Of a stretch of 64,000 nt of DNA, positions 19,102 through 28,348 are shown piece after piece. Position 1 is the stretch's first letter. Each line of letters starts with the position of its first letter. The notes under the pieces are model-generated. The model did not search any database. It was not told the DNA's origin and worked only from the letters and a program-made list of their open reading frames with translations. Source of the stretch: Bacillales bacterium UBA6865 (lineage in GTDB: Bacteria; Bacillota_I; Bacilli_A; RFN20; CAG-826); assembly GCA_002449265.1 (NCBI GenBank), contig DKCV01000016.1, positions 28,718-92,717 on the forward strand, in the 5' to 3' direction. Both the position numbers and the translations under genes were made by a program.

Positions 19102-21057
19102 TTAACTTGCTCTAGATAGTGTCATCGACGTTGTAGTAGAAGTTATTTTAATTTGTTTTCCATCGTTAGAAATGATGTTTGGTTCAAGGCGCTTTCCATT
19201 GCCCTCGTTTAATACGTTGGTTGTGCTCTTTTGGATGGTGGACTTCACATTAGAGAAAACAAGAACGTATTCATTGGAAAGGAGTTCTACATCGTAATCG
19301 AACGAGTATTGGTTCCCGCCATCTATAGTTGCCGTGCCACTAGTTTTATCCGCGAATGTTAATGTGTTGAGCGAGTTTTTGTAAGTCGCTCCGACTAGCA
19401 TTGCCTTAATCGCTTCTAATCCGTCTAGCTTCGCTTTGATAACGACTTCGATACTATCGGTAATGAGAGGGTTAGAAGTCGCCTTTACGATTACTTTTAC
19501 TTTTCCCGCTTTTAAGCCTTTGAGAGTGAATTTAGAACTCTCTGGAAGGAGGGTTAACGTTGCGTATTGGCTCATGCCTTCGTTTTCGAAAGCGGCTTCA
19601 AAGCTTCTATCGGCGGCATCGATCGGGGTTACACTTACTTTATATTCCGCGGTTTGATCGATTTCGATTTCCTTAAGCGAAGTGACACCGATTTCGATCT
19701 TTTGGGCTGGGACATCGATTACTTTTATTTTGATGGAGGAAGTTTTTAGATAGGAATTTATAATCGTGACGGTCGCTTCGCCTTTTGAAATGGCCGTTAG
19801 ATAAGTGATATTCCCTTTCGTGTTATAGCCGATAACGCTTGAATTAGAGATGCTTTCTACCGAATAAGTATCCGCTAAATGCAAAGCGGGGCTGACGTTA
19901 GTGACTTCAACCGGGACTTCGTCTCCGATATAAAGGAGAGCTTCGCCTTCTCCTTTATTTCTCCAGCTTTTGGTATCAATATCGAAAGTTTGTACCAAAT
20001 AGTTAGAGCGATTGAGCGTTTCGTTATCTTCTTCTTTACGTTCCCCATAAGAAATCGTAAAAGCGAACTTGTCTGGTTTCGTTGCTTTGGCCCCATCCTT
20101 TTTCTTGTTATTTGTAAAGTCATAATCGACTGAAGAAAATGGTTCAATAGAATAACTGCCCTTTGTTAATTGCCCATTTTGATTTATCGAGAAAGAGAGG
20201 CTATTTTCGTAATAGCGTTTGTCATAAGAAACGGAAGCGTCAACATAGTTTGTGGTTAGCGCGTATGTGGTTTCGCTATTTTCGCTATTTGAAACGAATT
20301 TGAGATTTTCTTTTGCATCCTCTAAACCAAAGAAATAAGAGTCAGATATCACTGTCGATAAAAGCGAAGATAGTCCGAACACCGCATTGTTTTTGTAAAC
20401 GTAGGAGAATAGCTTTGTGTAGTTATCGACTTGTTCTTGGCTTAAGTCTTCATCTAGGACTCCAATGGTTGTTTCTTCCACGCTATCGGGCTTTAAACTC
20501 AAAGCGGTTAAAGATTTGCCTACCATGTAATAACGAACTTTCGTATTCGCGTCATAGTTGATTTGCAGTGAATCTTTATAGACATTGAATTCGATAGAGG
20601 AGTTAATCGTCCCATCCATCGCTTCTTCTTTTTCGTGGTCTAGCCCTTCTAGTAGAATAGACTTTAGTTTGCTTAAGAGAGCATCCTTTGTCATGATGAC
20701 TTGGAAATCGATGGAATCGCTTTTGTCGGTTCCCTCAAGCTTTATGGCAATGGTGGCGTTTCCTTCTTCTTTGGCGGTGAGTAATCCCTCGCTAGAAACA
20801 GCTAAAACATTTTCGTTAGAACTAGTAAAAGAAACGGTTTTCGTTTCCGCTTCCGCTGGCTCGATTTCCCAAGTAAGCTTTAGTGTCTCACCGACTTTTA
20901 ATTCTTTCTTATCCGCGATTAATTTGATTCCAGTGGCTTCAATTACTGAGGACGTCACGTCTCCCGAATCTCCACCTTTTGGATCAACATCATTATCGCA
21001 TGAAGCAAGTAGCAACGCTGAAGATAGGACTGCCATTACGAGGCGACACCTGCGCAT
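19102..21057 (-). CDS. Big_2 domain lipoprotein (first gene of the array)
   Basis: 651-aa ORF with lipobox LLASC. GIKLIADKKELKVGETLKLTWEIEPAEAETKTVSFTSSNENVLAVSSEGLLTAKEEGNATIAI plus two more Big_2-like segments near the C-terminus. SD AAAGGAGGG. Confidence 0.85.
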   Translation of the reverse strand: MRRCRLVMAVLSSALLLASCDNDVDPKGGDSGDVTSSVIEATGIKLIADKKELKVGETLKLTWEIEPAEAETKTVSFTSSNENVLAVSSEGLLTAKEEGNATIAIKLEGTDKSDSIDFQVIMTKDALLSKLKSILLEGLDHEKEEAMDGTINSSIEFNVYKDSLQINYDANTKVRYYMVGKSLTALSLKPDSVEETTIGVLDEDLSQEQVDNYTKLFSYVYKNNAVFGLSSLLSTVISDSYFFGLEDAKENLKFVSNSENSETTYALTTNYVDASVSYDKRYYENSLSFSINQNGQLTKGSYSIEPFSSVDYDFTNNKKKDGAKATKPDKFAFTISYGERKEEDNETLNRSNYLVQTFDIDTKSWRNKGEGEALLYIGDEVPVEVTNVSPALHLADTYSVESISNSSVIGYNTKGNITYLTAISKGEATVTIINSYLKTSSIKIKVIDVPAQKIEIGVTSLKEIEIDQTAEYKVSVTPIDAADRSFEAAFENEGMSQYATLTLLPESSKFTLKGLKAGKVKVIVKATSNPLITDSIEVVIKAKLDGLEAIKAMLVGATYKNSLNTLTFADKTSGTATIDGGNQYSFDYDVELLSNEYVLVFSNVKSTIQKSTTNVLNEGNGKRLEPNIISNDGKQIKITSTTTSMTLSRAS

Positions 21058-21112
21058 TATTTCGTCCCTCCTTTAAACTAATTTTTCATTAATTCTATTT
21101 AATGATTTTTCT

Positions 21113-21149
21113 ACTATAATAACGACGTTTTGATTGTCAATTTTTATTT
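21113..21149 (-). promoter_or_regulatory. Sigma-70-like promoter for the 21057->16537 lipoprotein unit
   Basis: Minus strand AAATAAAAATTGACAAT, 16 nt spacer, TATAGT. About 50-nt leader to the SD and ATG. Confidence 0.5.
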
Positions 21150-21299
21150 GCGATATGCACTTTTATATTTTACGTTTTGACAGCAATTTTCGACTTAGTT
21201 TGCTTAAAACCATTGCGATATTTGTTGCTATTGTCGCAAACTTCTTCTTCATAATTTATCAAAAATATTAAATAAAAAGTCAAAAAAATAAATTAATGA

Positions 21300-21327
21300 T
21301 TGACAATGATTATCCCTTTTTTATAGT
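21300..21327 (+). promoter_or_regulatory. Sigma-70-like promoter for 21370..24477
   Basis: TTGACA (21300-21305), 16 nt spacer, TATAGT (21322-21327). A-rich tract upstream. Confidence 0.5.
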
Positions 21328-21369
21328 AGCCCATATCGAGGGGTTTTAGTCTCAAAGAAAGGGGATAAT

Positions 21370-24300
21370 ATGAAAAAACACAGTATCGTACTCGTTGCGT
21401 TGGCGTCATTATTGACTTTAGCATCATGCAACGAAGAAGCACCTGGCTCTAATTCAACGGATAGCGGCGTATCCACGGGAGAGGTATCGTCCTCGGGGGA
21501 CACCAGTTCTAGCGAGATAGAAGCGACGTATAACATTGCGGTCAATAATCCAACCGGCGCGACGATCACTACAAACGTCAACGAGGCAAAAGCAGGGGGC
21601 ACGGTTACTTTCACGATCGCGATCGCCGATACTTATCACAAAGCTTTAGGCGAAGTGAAAGTCACAAAAGGGAACGAAGACATTGCCTATGAATTAAATG
21701 ATGGAACGTATTCGTTCACGATGCCAAAAGGGGATGTTGCTATCCAAGCGACTTTAATTGATGTGAATCATAGTTTTGGGATTACTGTCAATAAGGATAG
21801 CCACATCACTAACGCGACTTTTAAAATCGATGGTGTAATACTGCAAGATGGCGAAAAAATCTTAGCGGGCAAGAAAGTCGAAATGATCGTGTCTATGGAA
21901 GAGAACTATTTCTTGGATGGAGAACCTACTACTTCCGTAAGCGGATTAACTTTCGAAAAAAGCGGCGATACCTATTCTTTCACGATGCCAGAAGAGGATG
22001 TGACGATTACTTTAAAGAGCAAATACGTTGCTCCAAGTCATAGCATTTCTGCAAATCCAGTGGAAGGCGCGACCGTCAATTTAAATCAAACAACCGCAAA
22101 AGCGGGAGAAACTGCGACCTTCACCATTGCAATTACCGATCAGGAAAAAGAGCTTGGTGAAGTAAAAGTTTTATTCGGAACAACGGAAATTAAATACGCT
22201 CTTAATGATGGCGTCTATACATTTACCATGCCGGAAGGCGACGTCACTATTAACGTAACTCTTAAAAACGTTATTCACACTTACTCTTTGTCTTATACGA
22301 AGGACGAGCATATCACCGCTGTAACTTTCGAGGTCGATGGTACTACTCTAGGCGAAAATCCACAAATTGAAGCAGGGAAAACCGTCACTATGACTTTAAC
22401 GTTATTAGACGGCTATGAGCTCGATGGCGTTCCAACTCTTAGTGTCGCTGGTACCACTTTGTCCACCATTACCGAAGGAACAAGCTATTCTTTCACGATG
22501 CCCGCTGAGAACCTTACGGTGACGTTAAATAGCAAAGCGAAAGCCCCGGTTTCTACAGAATATAAAATCACTACCTTTGAGTATTGCTCATTTGTCACTA
22601 AGGCTACGATAAATGGTGTAGATTCTACTTCCTTTGATTTCAACCAAAATATCGAGGCTGGAACTGAAGTTGAAATCGTTGCGAACGTTTCCTCCACTAA
22701 CCTTAAAAATTATGATTATTGCATTGTTATCAACGGCGAAATGCAAAGTGCAAAAATGAAGGAAAGTACTTCTTCTTGCTCGGACTTCTTTATAATGCCG
22801 AATGATAACGTAGTCGCTTACATTGTTCCGGTTAATTCAACAGCCTCGACTAATTCCTATAAATTAACCTTTGAAAATTCTCAAGATTACACGATTTATG
22901 GTGTCGTCTCAGGCAAGAAGTATTCTAAAAGCAAACCAATCGTATTGTTTATTATGCCAAAAGAAGGCTATGCAATTGATAAAGTGTATTACACGAATAC
23001 CAATTGTCCTTCATACGAGGCCGGTGGTAAAAATAATTTTGACTCAAAGGGACATAATACGTATTCAAAGCTTATATCCACAACGGAAGCAACTGTCCTC
23101 CATGTAGAAACAAAAGCCGCCACGACAGTCTTTAGCAATGTTACATTCGCTGATCAAGACAAAATTCAAGTGACGGGTCAGACTCAAAATCTTGCCGCTG
23201 GCAACAAAGTAACATTGCTCGTTAAAGGACAAGCTCCTTATTACGTCAAAGGAATCAAATCCATAAAAGGAAGCGATGGAACCGATTATACAGCCAATGG
23301 TACTTTTGACATTTACGATGGCAGTCTCGTTATTGATTCTTTACCCGATCAAGACATCGTTGTGACCCTTGATATTGATGAAGGTATACCTGTAGAAGTG
23401 GAAAAAGGCGATTATATCGAATCTTACACGGTTACAAATATTACTAGTGATAATAAAGAAGTTCCACAAGACGCTGCATCTCCTTTAGCCTATAAGGGTG
23501 CAACGCTTAAAATCGTTCCTACTTTAAGTAGCGGCGTCACAACGAGCAAATCCGATATTACCGCATATTGCAATGGCGAAAAGATGGTTTATTCCAGTGG
23601 CGGCTTTACATTCGCTATACCGGAAAGCCCGGCTGTGGAGAAATACACCATTACCTTCTTAGTTCCTACAAAACACATGATTGGTTTTGACGCTGAAGCG
23701 AAAGAGTATTCGCTTACCTCCCTTAGTGCCTCTAGCGCTTTTGCGGGTGAAGATATCAGTTTCTATCTTAAGGCGAATGTTGGATATAGGATCGGCGCGG
23801 TGAGTCTAAGTAACGGCGGAGAAGTCACGAAAGGCGATGACGGCAAATACCATTTCTCAATGCCTGATGAAAACGTGAGCGTGGTGGTAAAAACGATAGA
23901 AGTAACCACTTATACGATTACGCTCGAAAAAGACGAAGGCGTTGCATCGTTATTGTTTACTGACGAAAGTGGCAACACCGTTCTTCCTCCTGAGAATGGC
24001 AAAATCGTTGTAAACGAAGGGACAAAGCTTACTTTAAAGGTCACGACGAATAATGGTTATGATCTTACGAAAGTTCTTTTCGGTGAAACCGATATTACTT
24101 CCAATATGGAATTTACGGTCACTATGAACCAAACGTTAAAAGTAACGACTACAGAGGTAGCGAAAGCAAAGGTTAATGTCACGATTGCTGGTCCTAGCGA
24201 AAGCGAGGTAGAGGTGCGTATTTGTGACAACGATATTGTTAGGAGCGATGGCACTTGTTATATCGGCCACGAGGTGAATGTAAAATTCTCTCTTAAAGCA

Positions 24301-24477
24301 TCGATCAGCAAAAATTACAAAACCATTGCCAAAAACCAATTCAAGGTCACGAGTGGAAATACTGATATTACGTTTACTTATGATGCGACATATGGTGTTA
24401 GATTCACGATGCCAGAAGGAGAAGTAACGATTGTCTTTACTCCAGTTCTGAATGAAACAACCACATCAACGAATTAA
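21370..24477 (+). CDS. Large repetitive Ig-like/Listeria-Bacteroides-repeat-type surface lipoprotein
   Basis: 1035-aa ORF with SD AAAGGGG and lipobox LASC. Repeated ~85-aa units end in Y(S/T)FTMP..DV.I. Confidence 0.85.
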   Translation: MKKHSIVLVALASLLTLASCNEEAPGSNSTDSGVSTGEVSSSGDTSSSEIEATYNIAVNNPTGATITTNVNEAKAGGTVTFTIAIADTYHKALGEVKVTKGNEDIAYELNDGTYSFTMPKGDVAIQATLIDVNHSFGITVNKDSHITNATFKIDGVILQDGEKILAGKKVEMIVSMEENYFLDGEPTTSVSGLTFEKSGDTYSFTMPEEDVTITLKSKYVAPSHSISANPVEGATVNLNQTTAKAGETATFTIAITDQEKELGEVKVLFGTTEIKYALNDGVYTFTMPEGDVTINVTLKNVIHTYSLSYTKDEHITAVTFEVDGTTLGENPQIEAGKTVTMTLTLLDGYELDGVPTLSVAGTTLSTITEGTSYSFTMPAENLTVTLNSKAKAPVSTEYKITTFEYCSFVTKATINGVDSTSFDFNQNIEAGTEVEIVANVSSTNLKNYDYCIVINGEMQSAKMKESTSSCSDFFIMPNDNVVAYIVPVNSTASTNSYKLTFENSQDYTIYGVVSGKKYSKSKPIVLFIMPKEGYAIDKVYYTNTNCPSYEAGGKNNFDSKGHNTYSKLISTTEATVLHVETKAATTVFSNVTFADQDKIQVTGQTQNLAAGNKVTLLVKGQAPYYVKGIKSIKGSDGTDYTANGTFDIYDGSLVIDSLPDQDIVVTLDIDEGIPVEVEKGDYIESYTVTNITSDNKEVPQDAASPLAYKGATLKIVPTLSSGVTTSKSDITAYCNGEKMVYSSGGFTFAIPESPAVEKYTITFLVPTKHMIGFDAEAKEYSLTSLSASSAFAGEDISFYLKANVGYRIGAVSLSNGGEVTKGDDGKYHFSMPDENVSVVVKTIEVTTYTITLEKDEGVASLLFTDESGNTVLPPENGKIVVNEGTKLTLKVTTNNGYDLTKVLFGETDITSNMEFTVTMNQTLKVTTTEVAKAKVNVTIAGPSESEVEVRICDNDIVRSDGTCYIGHEVNVKFSLKASISKNYKTIAKNQFKVTSGNTDITFTYDATYGVRFTMPEGEVTIVFTPVLNETTTSTN
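21523..22545 (+). repeat. Intragenic tandem duplication (two ~510-nt / ~170-aa units)
   Basis: aa 52-221 and aa 222-392 align colinearly, e.g. NEAKAGGTVTFTIAIADTYHKALGEVKV vs TTAKAGETATFTIAITDQEKELGEVKV, and HSFGITVNKDSHITNATFKIDG vs HTYSLSYTKDEHITAVTFEVDG. Confidence 0.8.
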
Positions 24478-24497
24478 TAAAGATGGGACGATGATAT

Positions 24498-24527
24498 GGA
24501 CCTAGCGAAGGAGCTAGGCCCTTTTTT
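24498..24527 (+). terminator. Rho-independent terminator after 21370..24477
   Basis: CCTAGC-gaagga-GCTAGG stem, extended by GG/CC, followed by T6. Confidence 0.75.
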
Positions 24528-24650
24528 CGTAAAAGGAGATACTAAAGAAAAGCCAAGGTAACGCTAAAGAATATCAAGAGTTTTTATTTTCCTAATAGTT
24601 TTATAAGAATCGGTTTTCTTTTGAATGCAAAGAGTTCGGCTTGCCCCGTT

Positions 24651-24686
24651 ACAAAAAGAAAAAGCAAGGAGCGATTTCCTTGCTTT
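24651..24686 (-). terminator. Rho-independent terminator ending the opp1/protease transcription unit
   Basis: Minus strand AAAGCAAGGA-aatcgc-TCCTTGCTTT (10 bp) followed by TTCTTTTTGT. Confidence 0.8.
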
Positions 24687-24698
24687 AACTTTTGCCAA

Positions 24699-26402
24699 TT
24701 AGGCTAAAGTGATTTTAAGCGTAACTTTAGCGCCAGTATCGGTGGTTTCGATCTTCCCGACCCTCATCTTGAAGTTGCAGGTGATCGATTCGTCGATTGT
24801 GTACTTCTGATTCTCGCCGTTCCCGCTTTTTACGACTTTGGACTTGTTCCAAAGATTGGATTGGCTTGGCATGAATTCTTTGGCGAGCGCATTATTTTCT
24901 CCGGTCAAAGTGAAGGTATGGTTTGTGGTGAATAAGGCATCGTTTTTGGCGTTATAAGAGGTACTATTCATCCAGCTATTCCCACTTGTCCAGCCGCTTG
25001 ACATCATCATTGATACTTCGCTGAAACTTCTTTTAATGACACTATTGCCGTTTTTGATTGGATAGAAGTCGCCATCGATTGTTAATCCTTGACGCCCTAG
25101 ATAGCTATTACCAATACGTAGATCCTTTGCGTTTTGGCCAACATCATCGGCAGTGAGAAATTCTCTAGTGAGGCGGTCAGCGCTAGGGCCAGCAGAACCT
25201 TGGGCTCTCGCGTCAACGTGGAGCACGCGAACCCCAGGAGCGGTGAAGCCAGTTGCACCTTCATAGCCATTTAGGTAATCGCTTTTGGCTAATCCATATG
25301 GCCCGACGAGCTCGACCATGAAATATTCGTCAAAGGCTGTCATGTTGTAATTTGGAGACGCTAAGACTAAGCAATCGCCAGTTGTGGTTGCGTCACGAAG
25401 CGTGATTTCAGCGGTTTTGTCGCCGATAAGGTCTTCTTCTTTAATCACCCATGGATTCACCCAGCCATATTGGAATTTGCTGAAGCTATTGTGGTCGCCG
25501 AGGTTTTGGTCCATATAGTCAACACTTGCCATCGGTTTCCAAGTCTTATTGTAGTCATAATAGTCATCGAGCCCAAGCGTATGACCAGTTTCATGAATGA
25601 AGGTGTGGGGGTCGCAGCTAGATTTCATGAAGTTTGTGCTTGCCCAGCCTAATGTTTGTACGGTCGGAGCTGCCTTGTTTGGTTTATTTCCTGTATAAGT
25701 GACATAGGCCCACCAAAACATATTGTCACTAGAAGTATTGTTATCATAAGGATAAGCGTAAACATTCCACATGAGATCGATAAAGCCATCGTTATCGCTA
25801 TCAAAATAGGTGATAGGTTCAGCGTCCGCTCCTAGTGAGCCATGGTTTGCTTTATCATATTCTTTGATGTACCAATCACGAACCAAATTGCTCGCATAGA
25901 CTCCGCCATTACCGCCACTTTTTTCTCTAAATTCTTTTGCGGTCATCCCTAAATCTACCCAACTAGGAAGCAAAACCGCATCGAAAGCCCCTTTCCCATA
26001 GGAAGATTCTTCATAGAATTCGCTGACGCTTGTGAAACCTTTGCCCGCCATTTCTTCTTTTGTCCCGTTGAAGGCAAGCCGAATATTCTCGTAAAGAGCG
26101 TCATCCGCATTGATGGTATCTTTGTCATCGGTAGGATCTTTCGTGAACTTGATTGGGGCAACGAGCAGCTTTTGTTTTTTTCCATTTGTTGGATGGCTTT
26201 CGACGTGAGGGGTTCCGGCATTGGTATAAAGGGTGTTGCGGTTAAGCTGTTTCTCAGCGCCATTTTTGTCTTTATAGGTCGTGACGCCTTTTGCTAAATC
26301 GTCGTTTGTGATTATGTTTTCGTTAGGAGTAGTTCCATTGCATGAAGCAAGAAACGACATCATTAGAACGCTAGAAACTAATAATAATTTTTTCTTTTTC
26401 AT
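24699..26402 (-). CDS. Zinc metalloprotease lipoprotein, M6/InhA-like HExxH
   Basis: 567-aa ORF with lipobox LASC. Motif HTFIHETGHTLGLDDYYDY resembles the M6 (immune inhibitor A) HE.GH.LGL.D.YD signature. Starts 18 nt after the upstream gene. Confidence 0.7.
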   Translation of the reverse strand: MKKKKLLLVSSVLMMSFLASCNGTTPNENIITNDDLAKGVTTYKDKNGAEKQLNRNTLYTNAGTPHVESHPTNGKKQKLLVAPIKFTKDPTDDKDTINADDALYENIRLAFNGTKEEMAGKGFTSVSEFYEESSYGKGAFDAVLLPSWVDLGMTAKEFREKSGGNGGVYASNLVRDWYIKEYDKANHGSLGADAEPITYFDSDNDGFIDLMWNVYAYPYDNNTSSDNMFWWAYVTYTGNKPNKAAPTVQTLGWASTNFMKSSCDPHTFIHETGHTLGLDDYYDYNKTWKPMASVDYMDQNLGDHNSFSKFQYGWVNPWVIKEEDLIGDKTAEITLRDATTTGDCLVLASPNYNMTAFDEYFMVELVGPYGLAKSDYLNGYEGATGFTAPGVRVLHVDARAQGSAGPSADRLTREFLTADDVGQNAKDLRIGNSYLGRQGLTIDGDFYPIKNGNSVIKRSFSEVSMMMSSGWTSGNSWMNSTSYNAKNDALFTTNHTFTLTGENNALAKEFMPSQSNLWNKSKVVKSGNGENQKYTIDESITCNFKMRVGKIETTDTGAKVTLKITLA

Positions 26403-26420
26403 AAATATTTCCTTTCTTTG

Positions 26421-26885
26421 CTATTTATTGATTTCGTAGAGGATAAGCAAGATTATCGCTACGATTAGAAAGAGAATCGCTACAAGCAAGATAGAATGGA
26501 TCGGTTTCCTTTCTTTGCTCGCCTTTTTGAGTTTGTAGTCGTAATAGGTTGCGGGGAATCCGTGCTTTTTATAAGAGGGACGGAAGGCAACGTTTAGGAC
26601 AAGAAGCACGGCGTAAGTAAGGGCGTCAAATGCCCCGAGTGTCGCGAAGTAATTGAGGAGATAAAGAAGTAGTAGCAATAATCCAGATATTCCGAAGGCA
26701 TCAAGCGCAATCGCATAAGGATTGATGTGATAGCCACTTCCTTTTTGGGCGTAGTATTCGGTAAGAACGATAATTGTCCCAACAATTAGCCCTACAAAGA
26801 AACTGATGACAAATTCAATCCAGAATATTTTCGAGAAGAAAGGGCTCTTTGTTTCTTGACTAAGCTCTTTCTTTTCCTCTTTCAT
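26421..26885 (-). CDS. Small polytopic membrane protein, DUF3899-like; sixth cistron of opp1
   Basis: 154 aa with 3-4 hydrophobic segments. GAFDALTYAV and YYDYKLKK motifs are shared with 47241..47717. Its ATG overlaps the oppF1 stop (ATGA, 4-nt overlap). Confidence 0.7.
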   Translation of the reverse strand: MKEEKKELSQETKSPFFSKIFWIEFVISFFVGLIVGTIIVLTEYYAQKGSGYHINPYAIALDAFGISGLLLLLLYLLNYFATLGAFDALTYAVLLVLNVAFRPSYKKHGFPATYYDYKLKKASKERKPIHSILLVAILFLIVAIILLILYEINK

Positions 26886-28348
26886 TTTTTCTCCTTGAGT
26901 TCTTTTAAGTAGCGCTCCGCCTCTATGTCATTGCATCTAACGTAGTGCCCTGGCACGATTTCTCGGAACGTCGGACCTTGCTTAGAATAGTCGTGGTCTT
27001 TGGCTGGATTATAGACGATCCTAGTGCGCGAGGCTTCCGTGACTGGGTCAGGGCAAGGGACGGCACTAAGAAGACTACGGGTGTAGGGATGGAGCGGATG
27101 GAGGAAGAGTTCATCGCTAGTAGCGACTTCTACGAGATTCCCGAAATACATTACGGCGATTCTATCGCAGAAGTATTTGACGACGCTTAAGTTATGGGCG
27201 ATGAAGATAATCGTTAAGCCTAAGGTGTTTCTTAATTCGTTAAGAAGGTTAATGACTTGCGCTTGAACCGATACATCAAGCGCGCTCACTGGTTCATCGG
27301 CAACGATTAGCTCAGGGTTCATGATGACCGCTCTAGCGATACCAATGCGTTGGCGCTGACCCCCTGAGAATTCGTGAGGGTAGCGGTTAGCGTGCTCTGG
27401 GACGAGTCCAACTAGCTTTAGGACGCGAGCGACTTCTTCATTGATAAATTGCTTATCGTGACAACCTTGGATGATTAACCCTTCGGCGATGATATTACGC
27501 ACCGTCATACGGGGGTTAAGCGAAGCGATAGGATCTTGGAAAATCATTTGGACTTTGTTCGCAAGATTCGCGTGCTTCGCTTTTCGCTTTTCCTCCTTGT
27601 ATTTGCTGAGCGTCTCTTTTTCGGAATCGGAGAGTTCTTCCTCCTTTTTATCTTTAATGGAAAGGAGGAAATCTTTGTATTTCTCTTCGACTTCTTTTAA
27701 GGCGGCTAAAGCAATGTTTTTGTTGTAATTGCGGTTATCGCGTTTCGCCTCTTTGATTTTTTCGACTTGCTCGTCGCAAATCTTTTTCGCTTCCGCGATT
27801 TTCTCTTTGATTTGCTCTTCTAGAATTGCGTTTTTCTTGTCGTAATCGTCTAGAAGGGCTTTTTTCTCTTGATAGAATTCGACCGTTTCGTCTTCGAGTT
27901 CGTGACGGATGCCCTTTAAGTCTTTTTTCTCCCACTTGGATTCATAGGAGGAAAGAAGAGCTTTGAGGTTTTCTTTTTCTTCAAAGCGGAGGGCTTTTAC
28001 CGCGTCTTTGGTGCGGATATTCGTCCACTTGATTTCTTTTTCGTTCCAACGGGTACCGGCACTGATACGGATGCCATCTAGCCATACATCGCCGCTAGTG
28101 ATGTCGTAGAGTTTCATGATGGAGCGACCTGTTGTGGTCTTCCCGCACCCTGATTCTCCCACAAGTCCGAAGACTTCGCCTTTATAGACTTTAAAGGAAA
28201 CGTCGTGAACGGCTTTTAAATATTTTGAGCCCCCGATTGGTCCGCCAGAAAAACGGAAGTATTGCTTTAGATGCGAGACCTCAAGTAGAGGCTTAGCATT
28301 TTCGTAATCGAAGCTTTTGTGGAGCGCTTTGGCATCTTTATTTTCCAT
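26882..28348 (-). CDS. oppF: Oligopeptide ABC transporter ATP-binding protein OppF-type with a ~165-aa K/E-rich insertion
   Basis: Walker A GESGCGKTT, Q-loop IFQDPIASLNPR, signature FSGGQRQR, Walker B LIVADEPVSALD. About 200 aa separate Walker A from the Q-loop; I recall roughly 45 as typical. Confidence 0.85.
   Translation of the reverse strand: MENKDAKALHKSFDYENAKPLLEVSHLKQYFRFSGGPIGGSKYLKAVHDVSFKVYKGEVFGLVGESGCGKTTTGRSIMKLYDITSGDVWLDGIRISAGTRWNEKEIKWTNIRTKDAVKALRFEEKENLKALLSSYESKWEKKDLKGIRHELEDETVEFYQEKKALLDDYDKKNAILEEQIKEKIAEAKKICDEQVEKIKEAKRDNRNYNKNIALAALKEVEEKYKDFLLSIKDKKEEELSDSEKETLSKYKEEKRKAKHANLANKVQMIFQDPIASLNPRMTVRNIIAEGLIIQGCHDKQFINEEVARVLKLVGLVPEHANRYPHEFSGGQRQRIGIARAVIMNPELIVADEPVSALDVSVQAQVINLLNELRNTLGLTIIFIAHNLSVVKYFCDRIAVMYFGNLVEVATSDELFLHPLHPYTRSLLSAVPCPDPVTEASRTRIVYNPAKDHDYSKQGPTFREIVPGHYVRCNDIEAERYLKELKEKK

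Noticed and set aside
69-24339. Numerous 60-160 aa antisense or off-frame ORFs within the large lipoprotein genes (for example 69..269, 1848..2201, 12595..12870, 20585..21076, 21321..21614)
   Set aside because: All are nested in much longer ORFs that have signal peptides and domain signatures. They lack SD sequences, and their translations are low-complexity mirror images of the true frames.
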